Shown piece by piece: positions 50,361-59,690 of a stretch of DNA of 64,000 nt. Origin of the DNA: Candidatus Levyibacteriota bacterium (GTDB taxonomy: Bacteria; Patescibacteriota; Microgenomatia; Levybacterales; UBA12049); the NCBI GenBank assembly GCA_029260965.1, contig JAJDCG010000001.1, positions 89,221 to 153,220 on the forward strand, read 5' to 3'. The notes below the pieces were generated by a model, which made no database searches, was not told the DNA's origin, and saw only the letters and a list, made by a program, of their open reading frames with translations. A program made the position numbers and the translations under genes. Positions within the stretch are counted from its first letter, which is position 1, and each line of letters opens with the position of its first letter.

Positions 50361-50746
50361 AAGTAAGATACATATCTTTTAAAGAAGTAGCCGCAATTCA
50401 CGAAGACATGATTGATCAATATGGTGGAAGTCATGGGATTCGAGATCTGGGACTTGTAGAATCTGCGCTGGCAAGACCTCAAGCTCCATTTAGTAAAATT
50501 GATCTGTATAAGACAATCTTTGATAAAGCTGCAGCGCTTTTTCATTCCATGATGTTTAATTATGCATTTGTTGATGGCAATAAACGTACGACTTTTGCTA
50601 TAGCTGTTAGATTTTTGTATAAAAACGGCTATTCTTTGGAGATTTCTCAGGAAGAAGTAGTTAATTTTCCGCTTAGTGTAGAAAATGAACATCTTTCAGT
50701 GGAAGAAATCGCCGCGTGGCTCGAGGATAACTCCAAAAAAACTTAG
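50357..50746 (+). CDS. Death-on-curing (Doc/Fic) family toxin with catalytic His replaced by Tyr
   Basis: GGSHGIRD.GL.ESALARP and NYAFVDGNKRT (consensus H.F.DGNKR). Confidence 0.9.
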   Translation: MKVRYISFKEVAAIHEDMIDQYGGSHGIRDLGLVESALARPQAPFSKIDLYKTIFDKAAALFHSMMFNYAFVDGNKRTTFAIAVRFLYKNGYSLEISQEEVVNFPLSVENEHLSVEEIAAWLEDNSKKT

Positions 50747-50920
50747 CCTTTTATCATTCATTTTTCTTACCATATTCCCATTATATTTATATAGGCATAC
50801 TTTATGATGCTAGTATCATGGAAACGCAATTCATTGTTATAACAGGGTGAGTAATAGGATTTTATATTTATTTTTATGGCTAAGTTTTTCTATTGGCCAA
50901 TCTATTGTTATAATTGGTTT

Positions 50921-51340
50921 ATGAAAAATTGCGCTTTTTGTGGAGATGAAATCAGGAATAGATATATTCAAGAAGAAAAGTTTTCTTTTGTTATCCTCAG
51001 TAATCCACGAGTTGTGCCAGGACATTTGCTCATTATCCCCAAACGACACGTCCAGAAATTTGCAGAACTAACACCAACGGAAACGCTTGAAATGATAAAT
51101 CTTCTCGGATTTTATCAGGAAAAAATTCTCTCAAAATTTTCAAAGGGGACTGAAATAAGACAAAATTACCGCCCGTATAAAAAAGATAGTAAGATACACG
51201 TAAATCATTTTCATTTTCATATTATCCCAAGGGAAGAAGCAGACGAATTGGAAAAAAAATTGGATATTCACAAAAGACTTTTTTACAAAGAATTGTCAGA
51301 CAAAGAAAGGGAGAAAATAGTCAAAAAACTTTTTGATTAA
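50921..51340 (+). CDS. HIT family hydrolase
   Basis: CAFC, PGHLLIIPKRH, HFHFHIIPR motifs. Confidence 0.92.
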   Translation: MKNCAFCGDEIRNRYIQEEKFSFVILSNPRVVPGHLLIIPKRHVQKFAELTPTETLEMINLLGFYQEKILSKFSKGTEIRQNYRPYKKDSKIHVNHFHFHIIPREEADELEKKLDIHKRLFYKELSDKEREKIVKKLFD

Positions 51341-51912
51341 GATTTTTGAAAGTCTATGTCAGTGGGGAGCTGGAATTTTGACTCATCAGGCGTCCACGGC
51401 TGGCAATTAAACCTCATCTCACGACTTATCTGTTCGGCTTGTTGTTTTTTTTCCGCGGTCATTGATTCTGTTTCTTCTTTAAGTGTTTCATTTGTGAATT
51501 GGAAACCTTGTTTGATACCTGCTGTTTCAAGCCACATATAGATGTTGTTATCGATATAGATTGTGTTTGCCTCCATATTTACACCAGCTGTGTTGCCTGC
51601 GATCTGGCTTCTCCCTTTATTGTCCGTTGTCCATATTTTACCTGTTCCAAACAGGTTGTTTTCTGCCTCACCTGGAATTTTCCAGTCGCACTGGAGATTT
51701 TTACCTCTACTTATGAGGTTAGTTATAGTTCCAGTTGATTCACCAATAAAATCAGTATCATTTTTTTCGTGTATTATTTTTTCTTTTGTTGAATTGGACA
51801 AATCTTCAAGTGTGCTTTTTTGTATAAATACGATAAAACCTATTACACCTAAAACAACAAGTCCGATTCCAACAATAACTGGAGTTGAAAAACCCTTAAC
51901 AAGCTGATTCAT
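51337..51912 (-). CDS. Membrane-anchored hypothetical protein
   Basis: N-terminal TM helix; Cys pair and C.PW.PDES.F.LP tail. Confidence 0.7.
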   Translation of the reverse strand: MNQLVKGFSTPVIVGIGLVVLGVIGFIVFIQKSTLEDLSNSTKEKIIHEKNDTDFIGESTGTITNLISRGKNLQCDWKIPGEAENNLFGTGKIWTTDNKGRSQIAGNTAGVNMEANTIYIDNNIYMWLETAGIKQGFQFTNETLKEETESMTAEKKQQAEQISREMRFNCQPWTPDESKFQLPTDIDFQKS

Positions 51913-51994
51913 ATATCAATAGTATTTAATTTGTCTATGTTTGTCCAGATGAATTTGACTATTCACCTAAAGTGATAGATAATAAGCGCGTATT

Positions 51995-52540
51995 ATGAAG
52001 AATAGATTAATCTTGCTTGGAGTTTTAGTGGGAGTTTTGGGATATATGTATTATTCATATGTAGTATCTAGCCCTCAGTATTCTGTCTTTCAGATGTACC
52101 AAGCGGTGCGTGCGCATGACTATGAAGGTTTTGATAAATATGCAGATATTGATCAGATAGCTGATAATATGGCAGATGAGATAGTGCCTGAGGCGCAGGT
52201 TGATACAAGTATTAATTTGAATCTAAATGTGTTTGAAATCGTCAAGTTAAATCTTGCACCCCGAATAAATACAGGTCTTACGAGAGCGGTTGTAATTGAC
52301 AATGCAAAAAGAGAGTTAAAGAATAATATTGAGGAAAAAGGAGAAATAGAAAAAGCAACATACAGGGAGGATAATTTGTTTAAGGCTCTTAATGAAATAA
52401 AAATTACAACACAAGGTAGTGTTGCACTGGTTGCAGTTCCGATTGATGGAAAGCCACTGAACTTAAAAATGAGAAAAGTTGAAAATTATTGGGAAGTTTT
52501 CGAAGTTGATATAAAATCTCCTGCGCTTCAAGACAACTGA
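51995..52540 (+). CDS. Membrane-anchored hypothetical protein (DUF2939-like)
   Basis: TM helix followed by SPQYS...AV..HD...F.KY.D. Confidence 0.6.
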   Translation: MKNRLILLGVLVGVLGYMYYSYVVSSPQYSVFQMYQAVRAHDYEGFDKYADIDQIADNMADEIVPEAQVDTSINLNLNVFEIVKLNLAPRINTGLTRAVVIDNAKRELKNNIEEKGEIEKATYREDNLFKALNEIKITTQGSVALVAVPIDGKPLNLKMRKVENYWEVFEVDIKSPALQDN

Positions 52541-52560
52541 TACCTGTTATAATTATTGAA

Positions 52561-53334
52561 ATGGATTATTTTAGCGCTGTTATTTTCTCTATTGTTGAGG
52601 GACTGAGTGAATTTCTTCCCATTTCATCAACTGGACATCTTGTCTTGACTGCCAAGCTTCTTAATATTCCCCAAACAGATTTCGTCAAAAGTTTTGAAAT
52701 AATTATCCAACTCGGCGCGATACTTGCAGTCGTTGTTCTTTACTGGAATAAGATTTGGAATATCAAAAAAACATGGCGTCCTATTGTCCTAGCTTTTATT
52801 CCAACTGCGATAGTGGGATTTTTTCTTTATGAGTTGATTAAAAATTATTTGCTGGGAAATGAGTTTGTAACGCTTTGGGCGCTTGCGATAGGTGGAGTTG
52901 TTATGATTTTGGTTGAGAAATGGTTTGGATCAAGAAGTCTGAAGGTTTTAGAAATTGAAAATATTACAACAAAAAATGCAATTTTGATTGGTTTTTTTCA
53001 AGCATTATCTGTTGTTCCTGGAGTATCACGCGCTGCTGCAACAATAATAGGAGCAATGATACTAGGGACCAAGCGAAAAGCCGCAGTTGAGTTTTCTTTT
53101 CTTTTAGCAATCCCAACAATGGCTGCTGCCACAGGGCTTGATCTTTTGAAAACTGATCTTTCATTCACTGGACAGGAGTGGGGAGCTTTGTCAGTTGGAT
53201 TTATTGGATCTTTTATTTTCGCAATGATCGCGGTTAAGTTCCTCATACGCTTTGTACAAAACCATACATTTGTACCATTTGGTATATATAGAATAGTCCT
53301 CGCTCTGCTTTTTTATCTTTTTATTCTTCGTTAA
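52561..53334 (+). CDS. uppP: Undecaprenyl-diphosphatase
   Basis: EGLSEFLPISSTGH, PGVSR, EFSFLL motifs. Confidence 0.96.
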   Translation: MDYFSAVIFSIVEGLSEFLPISSTGHLVLTAKLLNIPQTDFVKSFEIIIQLGAILAVVVLYWNKIWNIKKTWRPIVLAFIPTAIVGFFLYELIKNYLLGNEFVTLWALAIGGVVMILVEKWFGSRSLKVLEIENITTKNAILIGFFQALSVVPGVSRAAATIIGAMILGTKRKAAVEFSFLLAIPTMAAATGLDLLKTDLSFTGQEWGALSVGFIGSFIFAMIAVKFLIRFVQNHTFVPFGIYRIVLALLFYLFILR

Positions 53335-53360
53335 TTAAATTTTCAATATAAGTTTACTAC

Positions 53361-53390
53361 TTGACTTATGTATCAGCATACTAGTATAAT
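53361..53390 (+). promoter_or_regulatory. Promoter with putative TrpR operator
   Basis: TTGACT-N18-TATAAT overlapped by gtatcagcatactagtat (12/18 to GTACTAGTTAACTAGTAC). Confidence 0.6.
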
Positions 53391-53398
53391 ATAAAACA

Positions 53399-53656
53399 AT
53401 GAATAGAAATTCTAAAGAGTTGAATGAACTGATGAATGTGGTTTTGAAGCTAAAAAGTAGACGTGAGCTTGAAGATTTTTTATATGGAATTTTGACACCC
53501 AAAGAACTTATTGAAATTCCAAATAGGCTGAAAATTGTAAAACTTTTAAAAAATGGAATTACACATCAGGATATTTCAAGCAAGTTAAAAGTCGGGGTTG
53601 CGACAGTGACACGAGGATCACGCGAAATTCAGAAAGGGAGATTTAAATATGTATAA
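53399..53656 (+). CDS. TrpR-like (YerC/YecD) repressor
   Basis: LTPKE...NRL, I...LKVGVATVTRGSR HTH. Confidence 0.9.
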   Translation: MNRNSKELNELMNVVLKLKSRRELEDFLYGILTPKELIEIPNRLKIVKLLKNGITHQDISSKLKVGVATVTRGSREIQKGRFKYV

Positions 53657-53708
53657 AAATAAAAATATAAAAAATTGGTGGAACAGCCTAACTCTTTTGG
53701 GAGGCTGA
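53649..53708 (+). CDS. Trp leader peptide (MYKNKNIKNWWNSLTLLGG)
   Basis: 19-aa ORF overlapping the repressor stop codon, with tandem TGG TGG followed by attenuator hairpins. Confidence 0.8.
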   Translation: MYKNKNIKNWWNSLTLLGG

Positions 53709-53770
53709 TTTTCGCGTTTAAAATTTCCTAAACACCTACATGAACCTCTCAATTCGAGAGGTTTTTTATT
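53684..53770 (+). terminator. Trp transcription attenuator
   Basis: cagcct/aggctg hairpin; alternative gggagg/cctctc pairing; terminator aacctctc-aattc-gagaggtt-ttttatt. Confidence 0.8.
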
Positions 53771-53799
53771 GATTATGAAAGAATTTGAAATAAATACTA

Positions 53800-54924
53800 A
53801 TGGAAAGGAAACCCCACAGCCTGAAAAAGGTGAGGGGTCGGTTTGGAGAAAATAATAATGTAGTTGAGTTTACTACAGCAAGAGAATTTATGAGGTTCAT
53901 GTTTGATGAGTCAGGATCAGATAGTATTTCTGTCTTTTCTTCTTACCATACATATCAAAATAATATTAAAATTGGAAAAGTATTAAAGGAGGTAAACGCT
54001 ATGAGTAAAAGAAACATGGGAATTTATGACGGATCAAAAAAGGATGCACAGGTTATGATCCAGCCGGAAATGCGGGACGCATTAAGAGTGGCGGGTAGGG
54101 TGCTTGTAGATTTGGCGGATATTACAGATAGGATTATTTTACCTGAGTTCGGAGATGAAATGCACAATTTTATTGCCCAAGTTGTGTTTGCTCATACTCA
54201 AGACAAACCGATAAATATTTTTACGCCATGTTGTCCTGATTGGTCACGGGATTCAAAGGGACAATATGATTTTAAATCATTAGGTGGGGAAGTAAGTTTT
54301 ATCGCCCGAAAAGTTTTTCGGGAAGTGCCACCTGTTTTGCGGATATTAAATAAGCACGGCATTCCATATAATGGAACTTTGGTTTTAGCAAATTATGGTT
54401 CTGAAACTGAAATTACTGCAAAAGACACATATGGTAGGAAATTAAGTGCTGATGATATTCAAATGTGTTTTGCATCAAGTTTGGCAAAAACCGATGAAGA
54501 ACTTTCAGGACTGCAAAAGAATGATAGCGGAATTTTTAATTCATATCGGGTAATACCCATGACAGAATTCTTTGATGATCAGGGGATAGATGAGGATCAA
54601 ATATTGGGAGATGCTTGTGAATATTTCAAGTCAGATAGCAAAGGAAAGAAACTAGTCAGTCAATTGCATAGAGATAGTATTGGATTAAATAAAGGGCGAT
54701 TAGGTTTGAGTGAGGAAGAAAATTTAGAGCAAACAATACGCGGATGTGCGGAATATGGAGTGTTCGGGTATGCAATGGGGCAGCAGGGAGTTATTCTTGC
54801 CGCAGAATCCAGAACGACAAGCCGTGCATACAATCTTTTTAGACGCAGCAAAGGTCAAGATGTGATGCCTTTGTTTTATTTGAAAGGTAGAAGAGGGGTT
54901 AATGAAGGAGTTAATATATTATGA
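53800..54924 (+). CDS. Hypothetical alpha/beta enzyme-like protein in a Trp-regulated operon
   Basis: 374-aa ORF with IFTPCCPDW, LVLANY and CAEY segments; ATGA overlap with the SET gene. Confidence 0.7.
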   Translation: MERKPHSLKKVRGRFGENNNVVEFTTAREFMRFMFDESGSDSISVFSSYHTYQNNIKIGKVLKEVNAMSKRNMGIYDGSKKDAQVMIQPEMRDALRVAGRVLVDLADITDRIILPEFGDEMHNFIAQVVFAHTQDKPINIFTPCCPDWSRDSKGQYDFKSLGGEVSFIARKVFREVPPVLRILNKHGIPYNGTLVLANYGSETEITAKDTYGRKLSADDIQMCFASSLAKTDEELSGLQKNDSGIFNSYRVIPMTEFFDDQGIDEDQILGDACEYFKSDSKGKKLVSQLHRDSIGLNKGRLGLSEEENLEQTIRGCAEYGVFGYAMGQQGVILAAESRTTSRAYNLFRRSKGQDVMPLFYLKGRRGVNEGVNIL

Positions 54925-55409
54925 AAAATGAAGTTGTAATTAGAAAAACAAGTGATAAAGATTTTGGTCTATTTGCAACTCGTGATTTTATGAAAGGTGA
55001 AATTGTTGTACAGGGTAAAAAAATAAAAAAGGTACCTGATAGGACAATGCATTCATTTCAGATCGATAAAGCTACGCACATACAACTTGATAAAAAATCA
55101 CGAAGTATTAATCATTCCTGCGACCCAAACATGGGTATAAGGAATAATAAGTTTAATGCTTATGACTTTATTGCTCTGCGTAATATAGAAAAAGGCGAAG
55201 AGGTTACATGGGATTATGAGACAACAGAGCATGTTTCAATAGCCGTTGAAAAATGCTTGTGTAATACTACATCATGTAGAAAGAGCCTAATTGGTTTTAA
55301 GTACAGATCGGAAGAGCTGTTAGATAAGTATGGAATTTTTATTGCAGATTACTTAAAGTTTTTGTACGCTCAGCAACTCTTGCTTGCGAAAGTTTCAGCA
55401 AACAGATAA
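54921..55409 (+). CDS. SET domain protein with post-SET Cys cluster
   Basis: GLFA, INHSCDPN, EEVTWDY, CLC....CR motifs. Confidence 0.92.
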   Translation: MKNEVVIRKTSDKDFGLFATRDFMKGEIVVQGKKIKKVPDRTMHSFQIDKATHIQLDKKSRSINHSCDPNMGIRNNKFNAYDFIALRNIEKGEEVTWDYETTEHVSIAVEKCLCNTTSCRKSLIGFKYRSEELLDKYGIFIADYLKFLYAQQLLLAKVSANR

Positions 55410-55431
55410 TATTAATGATGAAATTATGAAT

Positions 55432-56418
55432 ATGAAAAAAAGGGTGCTATCTGGTATCAGAGCAACCGGGAGACTGCACCTTGGTAATTATCTTGGAGCG
55501 ATAAAGGGAATGCTTGAGCTTCAAGACAATCCTGACTATGAGAATCTTTATATGGTTGCTGATCTTCATACTTTGACGACTCCATATGATGTAGAGGAAT
55601 TAAGGAAAAATAGACGCGAGGTAATTATTGATTACTTGTCTGCAGGACTTGATCCTGAAAAAAGCATTCTTTTTCAACAAGCTGATAACCCATATCATCT
55701 GGAACTTGCTTATTTGTTTTCATCAGTTATGACAGTTGCCAAGATGCAACATCTGCCGACTTTTAAAGAAAAGGTCAAGCAGCATCCTGAAAATGTCACA
55801 ATGGCGCTACTTAATTATCCAGTCCTGATGGCAGCAGATATCCTGATCTATAAAGCAGATAGTGTGCCAGTTGGTCTTGATCAGGAGCCTCATGTTGAGG
55901 TCGCGCGTGAAATTGCTCGTCGTATGAATCAGGATTATGGAACGAATTTTCCGGAACCCAAGAGGTTTAAAACAGAGGGTCAATATGTTCCATCACTTCT
56001 TGGTGAAGGAAAGATGAGCAAGAGTGTGGAGGGAAGCTTTATTAATCTTGTTGATGATCTGGAGACAATAAAAGCAAAAATTGCGAAAGCTCCAACAGAT
56101 ACCGGTAGTATTGGAGGGGAGATACCAAAAGAAGGTGGAGTTGCAAATCTGTTTACACTGTTAAAATTGATTGGATCAGATGAAGTGTATAATAAATTTA
56201 TACTAGATTACAGAGACAAAAAAATCCGCTATAGTGAGATGAAAGAGATTCTCTCAGATGCAATTTATAAAGAGCTCCAGCCCATCCAGGAAAAGCGTAA
56301 ATATTTTGAAACACATCCTGAAATAGTAGGTGAAATTATTGCAGAGGGAAATAAAAAAGCAATTGCTATTGCCCGGGAAACAGTTGAGGAAGTAAAAAAG
56401 AAAATGGGATTATTATGA
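55432..56418 (+). CDS. trpS: Tryptophan--tRNA ligase
   Basis: SGIRATGRLHLGNY, YPVLMAADIL, VPVGLDQ, KMSKS motifs. Confidence 0.97.
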   Translation: MKKRVLSGIRATGRLHLGNYLGAIKGMLELQDNPDYENLYMVADLHTLTTPYDVEELRKNRREVIIDYLSAGLDPEKSILFQQADNPYHLELAYLFSSVMTVAKMQHLPTFKEKVKQHPENVTMALLNYPVLMAADILIYKADSVPVGLDQEPHVEVAREIARRMNQDYGTNFPEPKRFKTEGQYVPSLLGEGKMSKSVEGSFINLVDDLETIKAKIAKAPTDTGSIGGEIPKEGGVANLFTLLKLIGSDEVYNKFILDYRDKKIRYSEMKEILSDAIYKELQPIQEKRKYFETHPEIVGEIIAEGNKKAIAIARETVEEVKKKMGLL

Positions 56419-57059
56419 AAGCAGTAATTTTAAATTGTACTCTTAAGAAATCTCCAAAGGTCTCCAACACAGAGGCACTTATCAAAAAGGTTGTTAAGGA
56501 ATACAAAAAACTTGGTGTTACATCAGATATCATTAGAGTTGTTGATTATAAAATCCCATTTGGCGTGTCCTCTTATGAAGGAAAGGGTGATGAGTGGCCG
56601 GTGATTCTTAAAAAAATTAAGTCTTGTGACATTCTCATTATCGCAGCCCCTATTTGGTTTGGTGTCAGATCATCCGTTGCCCAGCTTGTTATTGAGCGTC
56701 TTGATGGTACATATGAGGAAGGGGATAAAAAGACAGGACAGTTCCCGCTTTATGGAAAAGTTGCAGGATGTATCGTGACAGGAAATGAAGATGGAGCACA
56801 CGATGTAGCAGCTAATACTTTATTTAATCTAACTCATCTGGGATGTGTAGTTCCTCCCAATGTAGATACATATTGGGTAGGACCCGCAGGACCGGGACCA
56901 AGTTATATTGATGCGGGTGGAGAAAAGCATCTCTACACCAATAAAACTCTCAGATTTCTTGTTCACAATACAACCTACATGGCAAAGCTTCTGAAGAAAA
57001 ACCCAATTCCGACAAACCTTAAGGAATTGATAAACGAGGCGCAGAAAGAAAGCGAGTAA
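56415..57059 (+). CDS. Flavodoxin-like NAD(P)H-dependent FMN reductase family protein
   Basis: NCTLKKSP.SNT, PIWFG, VTGNEDG motifs. Confidence 0.88.
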   Translation: MKAVILNCTLKKSPKVSNTEALIKKVVKEYKKLGVTSDIIRVVDYKIPFGVSSYEGKGDEWPVILKKIKSCDILIIAAPIWFGVRSSVAQLVIERLDGTYEEGDKKTGQFPLYGKVAGCIVTGNEDGAHDVAANTLFNLTHLGCVVPPNVDTYWVGPAGPGPSYIDAGGEKHLYTNKTLRFLVHNTTYMAKLLKKNPIPTNLKELINEAQKESE

Positions 57060-57076
57060 GTCGTATTTGCAGAACC

Positions 57077-57925
57077 TTATATAAAAATTGTTGTCAGAAC
57101 CAGTATTGCCAGTAGTAGGCTTGATAACATTTCTCCCATTCTGACTTTCTCTTTTAAAATAAAATACCCAGACGTGTAGCGAAGAAGCGGTCCCAAGAGA
57201 AGCAAAAGCATGGCTTGTGTAACTCCCAATAAATCTATAGCAATAAGACTAACAATTGCGCCGATTGCATAAATTACACCTGCAAGAATACTATAAGAGG
57301 TCATCTTGTAGGACAAAGTTTCAAAGATCGGTTTGACTTGAAAGAATAATAGAGAAAAAATTAGGACCCCAAACACGCGAAAGAACGCAAGGTATGCTGG
57401 GCTAATTTTATTTAGAGCAACACTATATATGCTTGGCAATATTGATTCAAATACAACAGCAAGTAGGAGAAAGTGCATTCCTCTGATTTGAAAATTACGC
57501 AGTTTTCTGCGATGAGTTCCATAATAGACGATAAAAATGCTGATAATAAACATAAATAAATAAATTGGTTCACGCTCAGATGGAAAGAGAAAATATCCAA
57601 TTAAGCCTGCCAGAATCGGTTGAAAGTCATTTAATGGCTCCCGTAGCGAAAGATCATCAACCTTGAGGCTTAATTCATCAAATATGTTGCTTGCAAATGA
57701 AACCATTCCGATCAGAAGTACAAGACTAATAGAGATAAGAGAAAGAGTTGGAAACGCGCTTTTGGTAAATAGAAGAAACAAGAGTAAACATAAAGTCATC
57801 ACAATAAAAGTTAGAAGCATCATTTGTCGGGGAGTTATATGAGTTTGTGTAAAACTTATCTTATCAACTGTTTTGCCTGCGCTTTCTGCAATTACTGCAA
57901 TTAAGGGATAAATAAGGTTTAACAT
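57077..57925 (-). CDS. EamA/DMT family transporter
   Basis: About 10 TM helices in two repeats ending F.SER and LKEK. Confidence 0.75.
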   Translation of the reverse strand: MLNLIYPLIAVIAESAGKTVDKISFTQTHITPRQMMLLTFIVMTLCLLLFLLFTKSAFPTLSLISISLVLLIGMVSFASNIFDELSLKVDDLSLREPLNDFQPILAGLIGYFLFPSEREPIYLFMFIISIFIVYYGTHRRKLRNFQIRGMHFLLLAVVFESILPSIYSVALNKISPAYLAFFRVFGVLIFSLLFFQVKPIFETLSYKMTSYSILAGVIYAIGAIVSLIAIDLLGVTQAMLLLLLGPLLRYTSGYFILKEKVRMGEMLSSLLLAILVLTTIFI

Positions 57926-58160
57926 TTTTAGTTTTGTTTACTTTAAGTTACAAATGAAATTGTTATACACTCAGGATCTTTGATTTAGAGTTTTTAAAAA
58001 TAAAATCCTTTTGGAGATCCTCGCTTGTGAGAGATAGGAATTCTCCGAACTTATCACTTAGATTAACGGTAATTTTCAAGTTCGAAAGTCTATAGATCAA
58101 GCTCTTGTCTGTAAGTATATTTTTTATACTATATTTATTGTTTAGTTCTTTCACAATAGT

Positions 58161-58466
58161 CTAGACTATTTTTGAAAAAATAGCGATGAAGATAAGGATC
58201 GTGATACCTGCAAAGACTGCAACTGTTTTTAGGAAAAGATTTACCGCATCCTTTTTCTTGCCAGAGAGATAAAGTTGGATCGGCTTACCCAAAAACAAAT
58301 AACCCATTACCGCAGCAGATAGAGTAAAAAGTGAAATGAAGGCAATTGGCGCAAAGACGCTGTCATCTATTTTTCCTGCTGCTTTGGGCGCATAGTACAG
58401 AATTGATGCAATGATTGATATGTAAGCACTAGCTGCCAACGCATTGTAAATTGGATTCCTGGTCAT
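58161..58466 (-). CDS. Small three-TM membrane protein
   Basis: LFTLSAAVMGYL...P..LYL.GKKK.A pattern. Confidence 0.7.
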   Translation of the reverse strand: MTRNPIYNALAASAYISIIASILYYAPKAAGKIDDSVFAPIAFISLFTLSAAVMGYLFLGKPIQLYLSGKKKDAVNLFLKTVAVFAGITILIFIAIFSKIV

Positions 58467-58488
58467 ATCAGATATAGTTTAGCATAAA

Positions 58489-59031
58489 TCACTTATATTC
58501 GTCTTTTACCTTGCTACCAAATTGCGATAGGAGTTTTTTGATTTTAGGATCAATTATTACCTGACAATACATATTTAGATTGCGGTTTTGATCATAATAA
58601 TTTTTGTGATATTCCTCGGCGGGAAAAAAACTTGAAAGCTCTGCTATCTCGGTAACAATTGGATCTTCATATTTTCCTGAATTATTTAATTCATCAATTT
58701 TTTTCTCAGCAATTTTTTTCTGCTCATCATTATGCGAAAAAATCGCAGATCTGTACTGTGCACCGATATCATTCCCTTGGCGGTTTAGTTCAGTTGGATT
58801 ATGGGTTGCGAAAAAAACGTCAAGAATTGTATCGTATGAAACTACACTTGGATCAAATTCAACCTGGATACACTCCGCATGACCTGTCGTGCCGGTTGAA
58901 ACCTGTTCATAAGATGGATTTTTTCTTTGTCCGCCAGTATAGCCTGACATGACAGATTCAACCCCTTTTAATCTTTTGAATATCGCCTCTGTGCACCAGA
59001 AACATCCATTGGCAAGTGTTGCTTTTTCCAT
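58489..59031 (-). CDS. msrA: Peptide-methionine (S)-S-oxide reductase
   Basis: GCFWC, GYTGG, RQGND.G.QYRS, AEEYH motifs. Confidence 0.96.
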   Translation of the reverse strand: MEKATLANGCFWCTEAIFKRLKGVESVMSGYTGGQRKNPSYEQVSTGTTGHAECIQVEFDPSVVSYDTILDVFFATHNPTELNRQGNDIGAQYRSAIFSHNDEQKKIAEKKIDELNNSGKYEDPIVTEIAELSSFFPAEEYHKNYYDQNRNLNMYCQVIIDPKIKKLLSQFGSKVKDEYK

Positions 59032-59111
59032 AATTCAATTATATCATTTTAAAATAGCTCTTGTGATTTTTTACTTGCTAATATACAATATTAACTTGGT
59101 TAATTAAGTAT

Positions 59112-59549
59112 ATGAAAAACAACAAACAATTAAATGCGTACAATACGGGTCTTTTGCAGGGAAAGGCATATGCAGTGCTTTATGAGAAACTTGAAGTTCC
59201 ACTCTCAAAATATAATATTTCAATTCCCGAATGGAAACTTTTGGGACAAGTTTTTGAAAGTGAGAGGATAAAATTGTCAGATTTGGCTGATATTCTCCGA
59301 TATGATCCACCCATGGTAACAAAATTGGTAAAAAATCTTGAGAAAAAAGGATTACTCAAAAGAACTCCTGATCCAAATGACGTGCGAGCAAAAATTGTTA
59401 CACCAACAGCAAATGGTAAAAAGCTAATTCTAAAAATAGAACCATTTGCAAAGAACGCAATTGCAAATGTGCTAAAAGGAGTAACAAGAACTGAGCTTGA
59501 AACTTATTTAAAAGTATTAAATAAAATGGTTCAAAACTCCAAAAGATAA
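59112..59549 (+). CDS. MarR family transcriptional regulator
   Basis: LV..LEKKGL..R....D.R wing motif; divergent from msrA. Confidence 0.92.
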   Translation: MKNNKQLNAYNTGLLQGKAYAVLYEKLEVPLSKYNISIPEWKLLGQVFESERIKLSDLADILRYDPPMVTKLVKNLEKKGLLKRTPDPNDVRAKIVTPTANGKKLILKIEPFAKNAIANVLKGVTRTELETYLKVLNKMVQNSKR

Positions 59550-59690
59550 TTTTTGCATATTCCTTGAAAAACTATTAATGCGATTTATACTTAATTAAGT
59601 TAATAATTAATATATAAATAAAAATAAAATAGGTTCTGATAAGTTTTTAAAATTTATTTTAGGCAATTGAGAGAATAAGAAAATTTTGTT

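Noticed and set aside
43208-50746. Integron cassette array
   Set aside because: No repeated attC structure or tyrosine integrase seen
57963-58154. 63-aa minus-strand ORF
   Set aside because: Weak start and no motif; possibly a remnant
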